NCBI RefSeq assembly: GCF_001949145.1
Contig: NW_019091356.1
Location: 2,674,932 to 2,738,931 of the forward strand
DNA length: 64,000 nucleotides
Direction of reading: 5' to 3'
Source: Acanthaster planci
Lineage: Eukaryota
The notes under the pieces are model-generated. The model was given only the letters and a program-made list of their open reading frames with translations. It was not told where the DNA came from and ran no database searches. The number at the start of each line of letters is the position of its first letter. Position 1 is the stretch's first letter. Positions 1-15,472 of the stretch are shown piece after piece. A program made the position numbers and the translations under genes.

Positions 1-680
1 GTTGCGATGTCAAAACTTCACCGCACACGTGCACATACTGCTAATGCACTGAAAGTAAACTACGCAGCACCATGTAATTGCTCAAGACGGGACGGTCTTG
101 AACAGCTGATTTGGTAATTTTATTAATGCTAATTTTCGTGGTGTAAAATAAGTCCAAATAGAATTTATCCAGTTAGGGACAATAAAGTAAAGTACATTAG
201 GCCTAATTCTACTTTTTACCTAAAAATAGCTGATGGGAGACTATATTATAGGTACTTGTACCATAACTAGGCTTTGTATTTTATACATGATTTAAAAAAT
301 GCCAGGCGTTCATGCTTTTAATGTTGGGATAGTATTTTTTTAATACTACAGTTAACATCCATAGATAGTTAAAACATTTTCTTGAAAGTCTAATGATATA
401 CCAGCACACATTAAATTAAAGATACATGCACCCAGTATCACAGATTTTTTTTAGCATGTTTGGCCACTTCTGTTGATAATTCAGCACCAAGATGTTGCTG
501 TGTCCAGTGAATCATAATACAACTTCATTGCTAATAAAAACGGCAGGCAAGCACCTGCACAGCTCAACCAACTACGAGCAGATAGGACTTATTCTGAAGG
601 AGTAGAGGGAGCTTACAAGGAAAATCATCATAAATGACATAATTTTTTTTATTACAGCAATGCGAAAAATGCTTCACAGA

Positions 681-923
681 CAGTGTTCTAGCTTGGACCA
701 TGTTAGTGCTGGGTAAATTTTTGGATTACAAAGCATAGTGAGCGCAGTTCTCAATGCTTTCTGATGCTTGGAATATGATCGAATTGGTACATTTAAATTT
801 TCAGTAATATTTCAGTACATTTTTTTGAAAATCCGTGCTGGGTGGCATAGCCAATTTCAACACTGAGTGATGGGCGGAAATTTGCAGTACCGGGTGTGGC
901 CACCCACCGCGGCTAGAACCCTG
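681..923. mobile_element. Non-autonomous hAT-like MITE (243 bp)
   Basis: TIRs cagtgttctagc (681-692) and gctagaaccctg (912-923), 11/12 match. Perfect 8-bp target-site duplication TTCACAGA at 673-680 and 924-931. Confidence 0.85.
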
Positions 924-963
924 TTCACAGACACCACCGCGGCTAGAACCCTGTTCACAGACA
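904..963. repeat. Exact 30-bp tandem duplication
   Basis: ccaccgcggctagaaccctgttcacagaca occurs at 904-933 and 934-963. Confidence 0.97.
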
Positions 964-3569
964 TGCCCAATTGCCCATACTTATATCACTACGATGAGTA
1001 CTACTTAAGATTGCCACTGTGTTTCCTCTTGGGTAATGCTTAATTTATTCCAAACCTACAAGAAAATTATTTGCCATCGGTGAATGAGTGGAATTACAGT
1101 TGGACCTTCGTCAGTCAAACCAGTGAAACATCCTCTCTTAGGAACCCCTAAGGCAGAACAAAGCTTTGCTGTTCTTATAGTACAACCATTATTAATGTAG
1201 CTAATAGTAGTGTAACACTAGACCTTACCAAAACTGAATTGAGCACAGCTGCTCAGGTAATGGGGTTCATGTATATGGAGTGCTGGCAGTATGCATTGTG
1301 GAGTTTGTTAGCGTATGTCACCCAATACATTCCCCGGGTCTAAACTGCTGTTTCAGTATTGACTTTCTGACACCAGAGTCTTCCGGTATCCAGTATCTAT
1401 GACTGGGGCTTGGTAAAGACGAGAGTAAGATCCTTTACGTTTAAGCATGGACCCTCTCTGCTTTCAGTCGGTGTAGGACTGGCCGGGTGATGCTTCACCT
1501 GTCCATCCATGCGCCTGCTATTGTGTCGAGGGAGAAGGGGAGAATGAAACGTGCTTAGGCATACCTTGGGCTGTCCGGTGAGCTGTTTAGCCCCGAGGCT
1601 GTAATGGTGTTTGACATTTCAGTGCAGTGTGATTTGCAAAATGAGCAAGCGTATATTATGGTACATGTACAAGCCAACAGATGCAGGGGTAGTTCTAGTG
1701 GCTTGCATAAAAGAGATTAAATTGTTTGACAGTATTGCTGGTATTAAATTGAACTCTTTGGTTGGGAACTGTCATTAAAACACTATAAACTATCATAAAA
1801 ATGATTTGTGGTACACTGTACACATAGTGAGAAGCAAGCATACTGGTAGTGCCAGCATATTACTTGGTGTACAAATACTGTTGCATGCCTGTGCTTTAAT
1901 TTGCATGCTACATGTAGTTTGTATGCATGTAATTGTATGTACATGTACATAGGACTTACATGTACTTAAACTGGATGGGTCATTGTGTGAATAACTAAAC
2001 AAAACTCTAGAGCTTTAGTTAGAAATTTAATGGTGCTGCACTCAAAATAAAAAATTCACCCATAATGAACTTAAATTTGCCAGTGGAAAGAATTGTCTTT
2101 CAGCAAGGGCTTTAAAGTCCTGCCTACAAAACAGATTATTCACCCTTGCCAGTAGGCAGTGAGTCAATTCATGATGAACATTCTTCCTCTCATGTTCACA
2201 CTTCAGGCTGAGCCTTTGATCTTGACCTTGCTCTAGCATGTCAAATCAATCCCTCCAGAGCCTCCCTGAAGCTGGCCTGGGTTTTTTTCGGATAGGAAAT
2301 ATCAGGTTTCTGTCACCGCCCCAGGGCCCACCAGCAGCTAGACTTGGAGATTCCCGGCAATGCAAATTGAGGTTGAAGAACTTGTCTTCTGGCAAAAACC
2401 CATAATAGTCCCACACATATAAGGTTAGAGCTGGATCTTGGCATAATTTAGAGTTCAGAATGGCACCCACAGAATTTTAAAGATATTTCTTTTACAGTGG
2501 AAAATATATATTTGTACGTGCTCATGTACATGGAAAGGGTCCCGGGAGTCCGGATTTGAAGGCATGGGACGCAATTAAGCGCAGCAATCTTGCCCAACCC
2601 ACCTGACCTCTCTGACCATTGAGAGAAATGCGCTCGGTGAAAATTGGCCACAACTCCTGTTGTGCACTGGAACATTTTTGCAGCCCAACCCCTCTGGCCA
2701 GGTTTACCCCCTACTGCTGAGGTCAGAGAGGTCAGAGTCAAACCAGCAAGTGTTGCAGAGTAATAAATCATTTTGATATTCCAATACATGTTGAAAACTC
2801 ATTTTTCCTACCAGTGCACGTGCAGTGGGTATTGAGTACATTTGGGGGCTCTGATGAAAGTTGATTTTACAGGAGAGGTGTTCATGGCTTCACACATGTA
2901 CATATGTCTGTTGCAGTCCAATTGTGTGTCAAACGTTTGGCTTGATTTCATCTTTCACCGTTTATGTACATGTATTTTTCATTGCCCAAACAGACATAGC
3001 TCATGTGAACACTTTAATTACCAGTGTTGTACATGTATGCTGCATCTGCAGCTCACCTTCACTGGACCAATAACCAGTCCAAAACAGATTTTTAACCCCC
3101 CAAAACATTTCTTTTAAAACATCTTGCCAGAACTACCGGTATGTTTAAATCTTTTTTTCTTTTTAGGAATTTTTCCCAAATTTGTTGGTTTGCCCTTGGC
3201 TCTGAAGTTACGGTATTTCCATCGTGTACATTCCCAGTCAACCAGTTTCTCAGTCTTTGTCCCAATTGGAAGCTGATTCCAGCCCAGGGTACGCACTCTC
3301 CCCAGTCTGTTGCCATTTCACCCACCACGAACCCGTAGTGTCACCCCTGTTGTATCGAATTTCTTTGCAGAGGAAAAACCAAAAACACAAGAAATGCGAC
3401 ACTGCTTAAAAAATACTTATCCATGCAGTTGAGGAGAAGGGGGAAAGCATACAGATTAAGGGGGAATTGTCGGAGGATGAAATTGGCTGAATAATTTTTT
3501 TGGCTGTGAAAGTGTAATGTGATAGGCCCTGGTAATTACACTAAGTGCACTTGGAAATAAGTTTGAACT

Positions 3570-3690
3570 TGTACATGTAAGCAGCAAGTACATGTACATG
3601 AAACAAGTACATGTACATGTACATGTACATGTATGCGTACACTGTACATATACATGTACCGGTACATGTTGGTAATGATATCTCATGTAC
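3570..3690. repeat. (TACATG)n microsatellite-like tract
   Basis: gtacatgtacatgtacatgtacatgt and neighbouring degenerate units. Confidence 0.9.
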
Positions 3691-6600
3691 CGATATATGT
3701 AGTCTAGAACTACACATGCCTAAAAAAGTTGCAGGGGAAGTTTATCCAGCGGTATTTTTTTTCTCAGTGAAATGGAATAATTAGGGAAAAAAGTTTGGAA
3801 GTTTTTAATGTAACATTTAGACTGGATGATATTTGAAAGTACTTGTATGGTACATGTACGTTTGTGTAATAATTTAAAAACAACAACAATTATAATTGTA
3901 CATAAAGGTATTTAAAAAAGTAAGAAAAGAAAATTGTCCTTGCAAGGTGTGTGGAAGTACTTAGTACAGGTAGCCCTTAATCAGACAAGCAATCGTAGAT
4001 CATTGTGTCCTGAAAATGTAGGTCTTTTTATTTTACATTTTGTTTCATACAATAGTAGTACATTTCGTGAATTAGCATGCCTGGGATAGGCTTTGTGTTT
4101 ATTTTTGAAATCCCATTGTGTCATGATTGTCAGTGTTCAAGGACTACCTTGCTGGTTTCCCCACTCAATGCAATGTCCTTGAGTGACCCTGGCCACCACC
4201 AACCACCATGCAAAATTCATTTTTGCAGCACACCCATTGTTGCTAGATTTCACACTCTGGCATGATCATTTCGTCCATTCACTGGCGTCCCTCATCCTGT
4301 CTCATTTGTGAGTCTCCTCTGGGCTTACATGCATAAAATAACGGTTGCTATGCTCTTGGGCTGGCTGGTTTGTGAGCTGTTTCCTTCGAAGGGCAGTCAA
4401 TCAATGGCTGCATTGAACCCTTGTGCCTTGAGGACGGAGTTAAAGATGTGTTCTTCAGTGGCATACCGACCTGTACATGTACCATTCCTGTCTTCCAATT
4501 TGTAAGATATCAAGACGAACAAAGGATTCTGTAATGAGTATTCCATATAACACTCGCATTTTGGAGTAGCCCATACATGTAACACTCACTTTTTGGAGTA
4601 TCATATTCCAGCACCTGTATTTGATGAGTTTTTCTTTCTGGTCAAATTGCCATTGTGTATGCATCACTTTTGTGATAATTTAATATTGGACCTATGGTAA
4701 TGCTGTCCTATTGGGGGGTTAATTAGATTTGAATATTTTTCCCTTGTCATTCATATTTTATTCAGAAGGTTTCCAAGGTTGCCTGTTCAAGGCCTTCAGT
4801 TAATCAATATCTGTTTCATTCAAACTCTTCAACTATTGCCATGACACCCTTCGAACCCCTTTCATGTACAATGTAGTTGACTGATTAATAAAAGTATTGG
4901 ACTTTTCTGCACCAAAAGACTTCATGTATCATGTATGGGAACTCGTACATGTTGTTGTCTAGTCTGTAATGATATACAGACATGTATAATTGTATGAAAA
5001 AAATGTACTTCTGTTTTACTTTGATGATACTCATTATCATCACTCCAATGCAGCTTATGCACACCAAAGTGTTTTGCCTGTTCATCTTGATGCCTTCAAC
5101 TTGTTCAAATTAAACCTCCAAAGTACACTTATATGTACATTCCCCCCAACCTCCAACTTTTCATAAAAGTATGTGTTTATTTGTGATCGGATTTGGCTTC
5201 TGTAAATACAAATGGATGAAACATTACGTACTTGTGACGAGACTTTTCCAAATTGCAACACTGAGTCATTTATCTGATCAGTTGTCATGCTGGAATAGTC
5301 GTAATATCGAAGTCCAACACAATTTTATTTCCAAAGGATCAAGGTTGAGCCATTATCTTAGTCGGGATAAGAAATGCATTGAGAAATTATGGCTTTACCG
5401 ACAGATACATGTGTGTGTAACATCTGTAGGTATGTTTGAATAACCTGAAAATTTATTGAAACTTTGTGTGTCGCTGAGTCACTGAGTTATATTTTGACTA
5501 AGAATGCCAAACTCACAAAAGTAAACTTTCGTGAACTCAGGCGGATTTTGATTCGCAGGAGACATTCTTCTGATCCCTCGTCTTAGTCCCTGACCACCAC
5601 CCCCTGTTGCACATAACGGTACATGCGCAGGTGATGTTGCCAGTCTAACCCTTGCCAATATCCTACTGGTACGGTACATTAATACTTGGAAAGTTAGTTG
5701 GATATATGTACATGTATTGGTACCACAGTTAAACATGTAGTTCTTGACAGCTTGCTCACAGCAAATAGCAAGAAGAAAACCCTTAGAGGAGTTCTGATCC
5801 CTCCTCCCGAGACAAACCAAAAAGTCCCTCTGTCGCCAGTGCTGTTTCAGGCAAGCCTTAAATTATACGCATGTAGAAATGCAGCTTTCCCCACACAAAT
5901 CCCAGTGGGGCCTCATGCTCATCATTAACTCCTCATTTGATGGGACAGGATGAGAAAAAGTCTTGTTGAAAACATGCAACACAGGCGGTGCACCTCCTTT
6001 GCACATCGATGAGCAGTCACTTAAGATCCTGCAAGATGGAGTCGTCTCCAGCTTCTTTCACAATGCCAAGTGATGCACGCTCGACGATGTACACTCAAAG
6101 TAGGGATTAAAGGCACACAGCCTTCCTTACATTTTACAATCACTGTACCGTTACACGTACAGCAGGTCTCAGACTGGAAACAGAGACACTGGCAGCTGGA
6201 GAGAAACCAAGCGAGAGGTTGAGCTGGTACAAGTGGAGTGGCATAGCTGACCGACTTTCTCCCAAGTTGTTTGGGCATGGCTGGGATTCCTGGGAAGCTC
6301 CGTGGATCTCATCTGAGGCTACTTACAGTACTTAGCCCATTTTAGCAGTGACAAATGAGAATCTGCAGTAGCCAACTAGCCATCACATAGTCCTCTGCAT
6401 ATTTCCATGAACATGCACAGTCACAATCATTGAACTTTGAAGATGATGTATTCAGACAAATTTTCGAATAATTCTTGTTCTCCAAAGATAAAAATTTATG
6501 GACAGAGAAATATGCATTTCACCTATGGGCATTAAATTACAAGTAATTTACATTAGTAATCTTAAATGAACAGTAGTCCTCCTTCTTTGGAATTATTAAG

Positions 6601-9600
6601 TATATTGAGAACTGTAGACTTGGTTTTACTGAGAGGATGTGAATTACAATGCAACACTTAAATCTTAAACATGTACCAAGTTAGCATATGGGTATGAAGT
6701 ACCGGTATATCAGCATATACATTGCCTGTTCCCCCATCGACGAGGGTTAGGGTATAACCAAGGAGTCTAGTTTGAAATTGCTTTGTCAAGTTCAAGTAAC
6801 AAAGTCATGTTGGACTTGGTGATGGCGCTTCTTACTGTTCACCTTTCTTTCGAAGCTTGTAAATGTTAATGAAAAAAGTTCGGCTGGCATCCCACACATG
6901 CTTTGTCATACTCTCCAGTCTATGTGTAGAGGATTCAAGATACATGTACATGTAGCGTAGCACGGTGCTTCAGCTTTACGCCACAGGCCAAATGAGTTCG
7001 CTTGGCTGAGGAAGGAGAGAGCTCTTCCCTCTCCCCCCCCCAACTGTTCAGAAAAAAAAAAAATTCACCTCTCTCTGGAACACTTGCTAGAGAATATTGC
7101 CAGTGGGATTTTAATATTTGCAGGGACCATGCTGTTTACTCCAGTTCATGGCTTTGAAAAACATTTCAAGCGAAAGATGGAAATGATAGCCAGGAGTTTA
7201 ATTGAATTTTGCCAAGTGCTTAGGCGAGCACGGCTGTCACTTAGATTTCCTGCCAGATTTATCACACGGTGAGTGCTACTGTGAATTGTGATAAATCACT
7301 ATTTTTTTGTCTGAAGGCAAGAAATGGATTCCGTTTCCTTCACTTTTCTTTAACTTTATCCAGAGAAACAAAAATTTTGTGGCTTTTGTTGAAGGGAACA
7401 TTTTCTCTCACATTGAAGATGAGTGAAATACACAGTGTTATCTGTGGAGTAGTGTTCTGATTGATTGGTGCGCATTGGGGTGCTCTGCAACCAAAATTCA
7501 GGGGGGGTTGAAAGATTTAGCTATAACCAATTGGGACCGGCAAATCATGGTTATGGAAATTCCATGAACCAGGCTCTTCATGATTCTCTCTGGTATGGTG
7601 GCAAGAGGGGTGAAAAGGAACTGGCACTCGGGTCGATTAGCAGAGGGCTGGCAGTTCAAGACGATTGAATGCATACCCTTGTGTTCAGCACAATTGTGCC
7701 ATTCTGTTCATCAGATAAGAGGTCCAGTAGTTTCTGGTTTGTGGGTTTTGAGGTCTGACCACACTCTTTAATGGAAGGCTTTTCTTATCAGCAGCGAGGG
7801 AGCAGATTGTGAAGAATTGATAGTGATATTGTTGGCTAGATTTGAGGTAAATTGGGTCATGTTACACTATATGCTGGGCGTGGTTCCATTTATCCCCTCC
7901 CCCTTGAAAAACACAAAAAACACCAAAAAAAAAAACCAAACAAACAAAAACTTGTTAATGTACTTTTCATGTACGATATTTTAACCCGTGTTTCACAGGA
8001 AAAAATCCTGATTGTCCACACACACCTGTGTGTGTACTGTACCACAGTGCTTGGTGTTGTGTGCCTCTGGTTGTGATTAATTGCCAGGGGGAATTCGTTC
8101 TGTCTTGTGAACTTGGCTGGTATTTCGCCAGGCTAGGGCAGCACATTTATAACTTAATAACCTGTGTACAAATTTCCTCCCTGCTCTGTCCTCCCTCCGG
8201 CAAACATGTGTGACCAGTGTTTCAACCTTTTCAGGGTGCAAAAGAGAGAAAATACAATGTAGATAACTAAAATAGTGTTATACTGGCACCTGTACAAACA
8301 GGTGTCCACATCAGGATTTCCTTCATGTTGGCAGCATGTCAGTAATGATTTGCAACTTCATTTTTCACATTTTTGCTTTAAAAATGTGCCTACACATATG
8401 AAAAATACATACAGGGCTATGTGCTGTGTTCAAAGGGCTACAAATTTGGCAAATGAGCTTGAACTGCCAACTTCATGTATTTATACATTATTTTGAGGTA
8501 GGCCTAGTATGTACATGTACATTACCTGCAATCAGTGTCAAATTGATTCCTTATAACACTTAACCTCTTACATGTAGGGTCAATGGGACTACTAATACAT
8601 TATCGTACATATGTACATGTATAGACTTTAAGACTTACATGTAAGTCAGCAGCAGGAGGACAGGGCTAAGCAGAACCTCCGATTCAGGAAGCAGAATGTT
8701 GTCATCCTTTAATACGTTTACCTTGTGGGAATGCTTTCCTAAACATGTCATTAGCTGTTGCCTCCCTGAGTTGATCTGTTGACATCTTGCTGGGCCCATC
8801 TTGTTGATTGTTACATACCTATCCTCTATAGTCCTATATGGATAGCTCAAGATTGCTTCCCAATCAACATAACCCTTTAAGCCCTGGGCTTCATTTATCA
8901 AGAGGGATGTCCAAAGAAAGCAGACATACAGTGTAAGCTGTAGTTCCCTTCTCTGCCATTGTAAGCTTCTGAATGATATTTGTTTTGGTGAATGGCAAAA
9001 TATTTTAATTCATGCCTCGTAAATCTCTAAATGTGGGTCAGAAATGGCAGGACATGTAAAGTTTATGTGCTTTTGGATTCATCAGTCATCATAACCTACA
9101 TGTAGATGGCTCCTAATATAACTGAAAGGAGTTTATTGCCAAGTGCTGGTACCTCACGTCAACATATGGTTTAGGAGGTAAAACCAGGGTTGAGTAGTTG
9201 TACCCGGTAACTTGTGAGCTTCTCCGTGGGAAAGGACCCATCCTGAATCTGCCCGTGCTTTGCCCAAATCTCTTACTCCGCAGTTAAGCCAATTGGGACT
9301 TCTTCGTAGGCACATCAAGCTCTGCTTTGAGCGTTGTACTACACGTGCATGTACATGTAGTTGTGGTTGAGAAATACAGTTCCTCATCTTTTAATATACT
9401 GTAAAGGTGCTGAGGTTAAAAACCAAAATACCTGTAGCTCCAGTGATTGAAATTCCACTGTACATGTACCTTGTACATGGGTGTATAGGAACGGGCATTG
9501 AAAATATCTACAGTGTACATGTACATCATACCCTTTTCTACAAGTTCCTGGGGGTACCAGTATATTTACTGGTATTACAGATGCACTGTACAGGTATCTT

Positions 9601-12600
9601 CTCAGTAATCAGCATGTGGAGTGTGATTAATCTGTTTTTAATCGCAGTAATAGAAGAGCAGCGTGACAATATTCAAACACCTTTTTTTTTTAACTATGTC
9701 AGTTTCGGAAACTCTGCAATCACTCACAAACTCACAGTTTCACTGGGGCAGTGCATAACGGAGCGTGACGATCTTTTCATCTCTGTACCAACCAGAAGGT
9801 GGGCCTCTCATGCCTGACATAGCTTTGTGTGTGTGTGTGGAAGGGGGGATGGGAAACCAGTACCGGGGCAGGCCCTGGAAATCAATGTGTTCTTCCGGAC
9901 CCGCAGCTTCATTGGTATTCATGTCGCCGCCTAGGCTGCAATTAAGAATTTAGAGGGCTTCCCGGGCGAGTGAGGATTGCTCTTGCATGTCAGGGGACAT
10001 CCTCTTGCCCTCTGAAAGGACACGCTTTGGTTTAATGGTTTTTAAAAAAAGGGAATCTTTTCAATCATCACTAATTAAAATGCAGTGGGTGACAGAACTG
10101 CTCTTGTTTGTAGCGAAGATTTGGATTATGTGTTGCTGGTTGATGTCAAATGGATCACTTGAAATTATTTTAACTTTTTATTAAAAGGGTGACCAAATGT
10201 ACAGTACTGTACATGCACATTTTATCTTTGGTATTTTGGTCCCATGTGGCAGATTTAAAAAGGTCTCCCCTGCAACACCGATCCTGTAACAAAGTGTGTT
10301 CTTTTTCTTACACACCAGTGTAGTTTTTGCCGTGCCTTGATTGAAAAGTAACAATTATTTAAACTTTCCTGTTCACCAATTTTAGTCATTTGAACATTTT
10401 GTGACAAATAGTGATCTGCGAATACTAATCTTAATTAAGGAATTTTAAGCAGTAAAAAAAAAAATTTCAGTGATCACACCTTAATGCTTCACAACCTCTC
10501 TAAATCTGAAACAGTCGCAGATGGAATCTTATTGATTTGGACTTGGCAGAAGCCTGCTCTAGATATCAATAACAGTTAGCCTGTGCGAGTCCACAGGTCT
10601 GCTGGCGCCTAATTGCTGTTGATTTGTCCTTTAGAAACACGGTGGGAGGGGGGTTGTTGATCACATATTTTCATCAAAAGTGATTGCCTGTGTTATTAAT
10701 GTGTAATATTAATCTGTCTGTGGCAGACTGTTTTGTAACATCGGCAAAAGTTAGTGGAAGGAAAATGTTATGGTTGCCCAAGGCTGTCTGGTGATGTAGA
10801 CACCCTGATTTTATCGATAAACACAAGGGCAGCTACCAGGGCAGCTACCAGTACTGTACAATCATTGCTAAATTAACCATCTTTGTGTACCACTCATGTA
10901 CATGTGTACCAGTACAGTGAGACAGTGCTGTGTGTTAATTTTTTTTCCCAATTTCCATTGAGCACATAAGATTGAATTTCAAAGTTTTGGAAATGCTTTT
11001 CTCCTAAAAGTTTACACAAACTGAATAACAGCATTGAAATTAAAAAAAAAAGCAAGATGCATACCGGTATGTAGGCCTATGAAATGAAACAGCTCTTTTC
11101 TTATTAAAGCAAACATATTCCAACACTGGAAAAACATATTGAATTGTTTGTGTCAGCTTTTCTTGTGCATGTACAGTCATAATGCAAATCTTCTGTCAGT
11201 TTAGCCACTCCTTCACTGAACATTTTAACATGATCCTACCCCTCCCGGGTCCTTCAGAAATCAACCACCAGATTTTTGAGGATTTTGCTGGAGTGGGAAA
11301 GGTTGATCCTTGGCTGTCTGCGCAGGTACATGTACATGTTTAGCTTGATGCGTTTTGGAGTTCAGTTGAACTTGAAAGATTGTTGTATCGAATCATGGAC
11401 CCCATGGATTTTTGAAGATGGAGGGAGGTTACTGGCAGAAATGCTGAATCCGTTGACAGACTGCATACCGTCCTAAGTTTAGTGGCCACTCTGTTTTTCT
11501 TGTGTGCATGCAAGCGTGGTACTTTCTAGGGTTCACCAGCACTATTATGAGGGGCCAGAGTTTGACCCGTTGTCATTCTGTGGTCAAAACTTAGCCAAGG
11601 CCAGTGTGGGACTTTGACTGAGGAATGTGACACTGAAATATCGAGCGCACTCCCAGAATGGCAGGTGTTTCGGAAAAAAAATCACTGTTGATGTTAATTA
11701 ATTAAAATTCACTTGTCCAACTTTTTATAGAGAATTGAACTTGTCATTCATCATTGCAGGCCTTTCAGAATGTCTGGTTCATTGCCTCCAAAAGTGATGC
11801 ATTTCTTTAATTCACCCAAGGTTATAGTTTGCATATGGTAAAAGTTAGGTAATCTCAAGTGCAGTCTCACACTACAGCAGAATCCCATTTTCTCTGTATC
11901 ATGTTTTGAATGAAATGATTGATGCCGGTTTCCCTGTGATAACTCTACCCATTAAGCACATTAGGGTCCCTGTAACAATTTCTTACATTTCGCTTCCCGC
12001 GGGAAATACATGTATCACTCATTACAGCATTCAACCGCCTCTGTTTCTTCTCTCTTACATGTGTGTACTCAAAATCGTAGCGGAACAGGGACATTATCAC
12101 TAGTCTAGGTTCACTCTGCTTTTTTTTTAAATCTTTTTTTTCTTGTGGTGGAAGGGTTCCCAGCAGTCTGGCCTGGAGAAAAAAAAAGGCGAAAGAAATA
12201 ATTTGTCTGATGGATGGGGACAGGTCAGCTTGAGAATAGATACGACGTTGACAGATAGGAAACCAGGGGATTTGTGTCTGCGTTTTTTTTTTTTAAGAGG
12301 TTAGAAGAGAAAGGGAATATGCATAATGGACGCATGCGAAAGATTTACAAGCGTTGATTTCTGCAGGCCAGGCTGGTGCCCCAACAGAAGTGGCCGGGAT
12401 TATTAAAATATTGATTCAAATTCCAGTGTGTTATTAGCCTTTGACAGAAAGCGGTAAATCAGACATACATGCATACTGGTAAGTGAGGAAATGTCGGCTG
12501 TTAAAGATGGCCATTTTCCAAACAATTGTGTAGCTGAAAGCTTTGTTTATAACAACCGTAACAGCTGCCTGTTACTACATGTACATTGCATGTAGTTTTT

Positions 12601-15472
12601 CATGTCCAGTATGAACCTCAAGCTGGACCAAGAGAGAGTGCTGTTTCCTTAGCATCGGAGTCTCCTTTGGTACAAACTACGCGTTGCTGGTTCACAGACG
12701 ACGTGGAAACACAAGCATTGCAGTCGCATCGCTACCAACAAAATGAATACTCCCAACCAACGCATCTCTTTTTAATCGATGAGGGGGGTGCTTCCACTTG
12801 AGACTGACAGGATGTTTGTGAATGTCATTGTGTAGTGTAACTTACATCGCGCGACCCAACCTAACAAATTGAGTTTTAAGTTGTTGGGCTACTTTTGAGA
12901 GAGAGTGTCTGGCAAGATGTAAATCAGTAGAAACATTGATCATCTCACGATGTCTATTTTTATCAGGATTACACACTGAGTGATGGACCAAAATGGGACC
13001 ATACGTGTAGATTGGTGCAAGTAGAAATTTGGACCATTGAAGTGTTGCATAAAAGTGAGCACTTGGTCAATCATACACGAACATGTAATTTGGCCTAGGA
13101 AACAATGAAATGAGCGGAATTTGAATAGAGAGAAGATTAACAGATGTATGACTATTTCACCATACAGGTACATGCAGTAGGGTACAAGTATATGGGCCTA
13201 CTGGTATGTACATGTACTGTAATGCGTCTTGTTTTCTGCGATCCCAAATCCGTCCGATTTCAATACGATTTTACATACACCCTAGGGGGTTAGGGTTACC
13301 TTGATATATGTACAGTAAATTGGTACTGTGACTTCAGATGGAGTTCACTCACGTGTTCGTATATGGATAAAGAGAATGCGATTATTTTGATCTACGATAT
13401 TATCGGAGGTGTTTAAAACATCATGAGACTACACTCCACTTTTGAGCTACCTGAGATACCACTTTAAAAGATAGGCAAACAGTTACTCTGAAGTTGCAGT
13501 TCAAATGATACATTGAGCAATATCCTGAAGTACAACAGTGTGTACATCGATACTTTCACTTTGTGAATTCCTACATGTACTAGTGCTGGCATGCTGTAAA
13601 CTTGATCCCTGCCTTCCAGACACATGGCCTAATTACACGGCCCCTACAGCAGTATCTGCAGTGACTGGGAGGGTTGCGATCAATGCTCCCATTTGCAGCA
13701 GGGCAAGAACCGTGGGTACGCAAGCCCCTGAGCCACTCGTTACGTAGAGTCAGTGGCAGTGCAAGGCAGTGTATCCAAATGGCGTATAATGAGTCTTGAG
13801 CCTAATCCATTGCATCGGGAACCTTTCTTGTATAGTTAACAGTCTTGGTGAGTTCAGCGCATCAATCAATAATGCTTCCTGCTATCAATTATCCCACCCA
13901 AAGCAATTAATGGTTTGCGCCTGTCCTGTGCGTCCCATACTGTGACTGCCTCGTAGTGTTTTGCTTGGCCTAGTGCTGATAACACCAACAGATCAATATG
14001 TAAACCGTTAAGCCATCACTAAAGTACTTATTGTCACATACTGGCTGGGGAAAGTGAGTGAACTGTGGTCCACATGTGCATAATTGAAGAAGTACTGAGG
14101 TGTCCCGCTCGCTAACGGGGCTGCTTCCGATAATGCTTTAACATTGGGACTGTTGACTTGAGCCACATTATACTGTGAAGCTGAAATGTTTTTTGAAAGC
14201 CAAGTGTGTTTTCAATTTGTAAAAACAACGTACATGTAATGAAAAACTGTCCCTTGGTTGTCAGGCCAAAGTAACGAAGCCTGCTTGTGCTCCTCAAGTA
14301 CTATTTCTGGACCTTTTGCCGTAGTCGTTGCCGTGGTTTCTGTTACCTTGGTAACTTGTGCCTGCAGTTCAATGTTTTTACAAGGGAAGAATTCTGCAAT
14401 CACTGAAAAAAATTAAACTGCAGAAAAGGAAGAAGGTTCGTGTAGCAGAGGTTGTCATGGGAAACCAGTAATATTAGAAGATGCTGCTTTCAGCGTGGTG
14501 GAAAGGTTAAGTTTTGATAACTTTTGGTTTAGCGATAATGTACATGTACATGTAAATGATTTGAATAACTTCAAAAATGTTGACATGAATCCAATCATTT
14601 TGCAGCAGACAAGAAAATTGTCAAAACAGTTACATTGTACATCTGGGTACTAGTGCTCCTTTAAAATCTTGCATTTACAGTACATGTGTACATGAAATGC
14701 CATTACCGGTAGGTCGCTCGTTCAGAACACTTCCTCAAAATATTTCTGGCTGTTCCAAGCTACAATTTGGAGACTGTTCACGAGATCAAGGGGTTCAAAG
14801 GATGCAGGCGGATAATCGTGTGTTTGACCATTAATGTATGCATTGTGCAAGTCTGAGGTTAGAAAGTATGGGACTGCTATACATGCTGCTTGATTGAAAT
14901 TTCTACTCATGCAAACAAGCACCAACTTCAAATTTCAGTGGAAAGGTTTGGCAGACTGATTGCGTGCATTTGTTCCCCCTCCTTTTTTGGGGGGGGAGGG
15001 AAGTCGATAGCAATCAGAATCTTGGTGTTCTTGGTGCCTTGTATTGAGTTGCTGGATTTGGCGCTGAATGGGGAAACCGATCACGGGGAGATTTTGTATT
15101 ACCACCGAGTCAAAACCCCTGGGCCTCAGGTATTGTGCCAACACAATCCACGTCTCAATCCGAAGAAAGCCATAATCGGAACAAAAAGCCAGGCCTTTTT
15201 TTTTCTTTTTCTTCCTCTTCAACAGTGGTCCTTTCTCGAAGAGAGTTGCTCTGAAATGCCAGGGTTTGCTCAGGGCACAGGGATTTAGTTTTTTTTTTTA
15301 CAAAAGGAGTTGCCTACAACTTAGCAAAATAAAAAAAAGTACAAAATGAGTTGAATTGGAATGGTTTATTTATTTATGGCCCTTGTGTGCCAAATGTTCA
15401 ATTGTCAGTAAGTTTGTTGTGTAGCCATGGGATATTTGCCATGGCGTTTACGCCCCCCTGAGATGGTACAGC

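Noticed and set aside
7..113. ATG-initiated frame MSKLHRTRAH...LIW ending TG|gtaatt, phase-compatible with the microexon as a possible exon 1
   Set aside because: Lacks the conserved KLNCW/LRR-like N-terminus, is longer than expected, and has a mediocre donor. Probably chance, though RNA-seq could test it.
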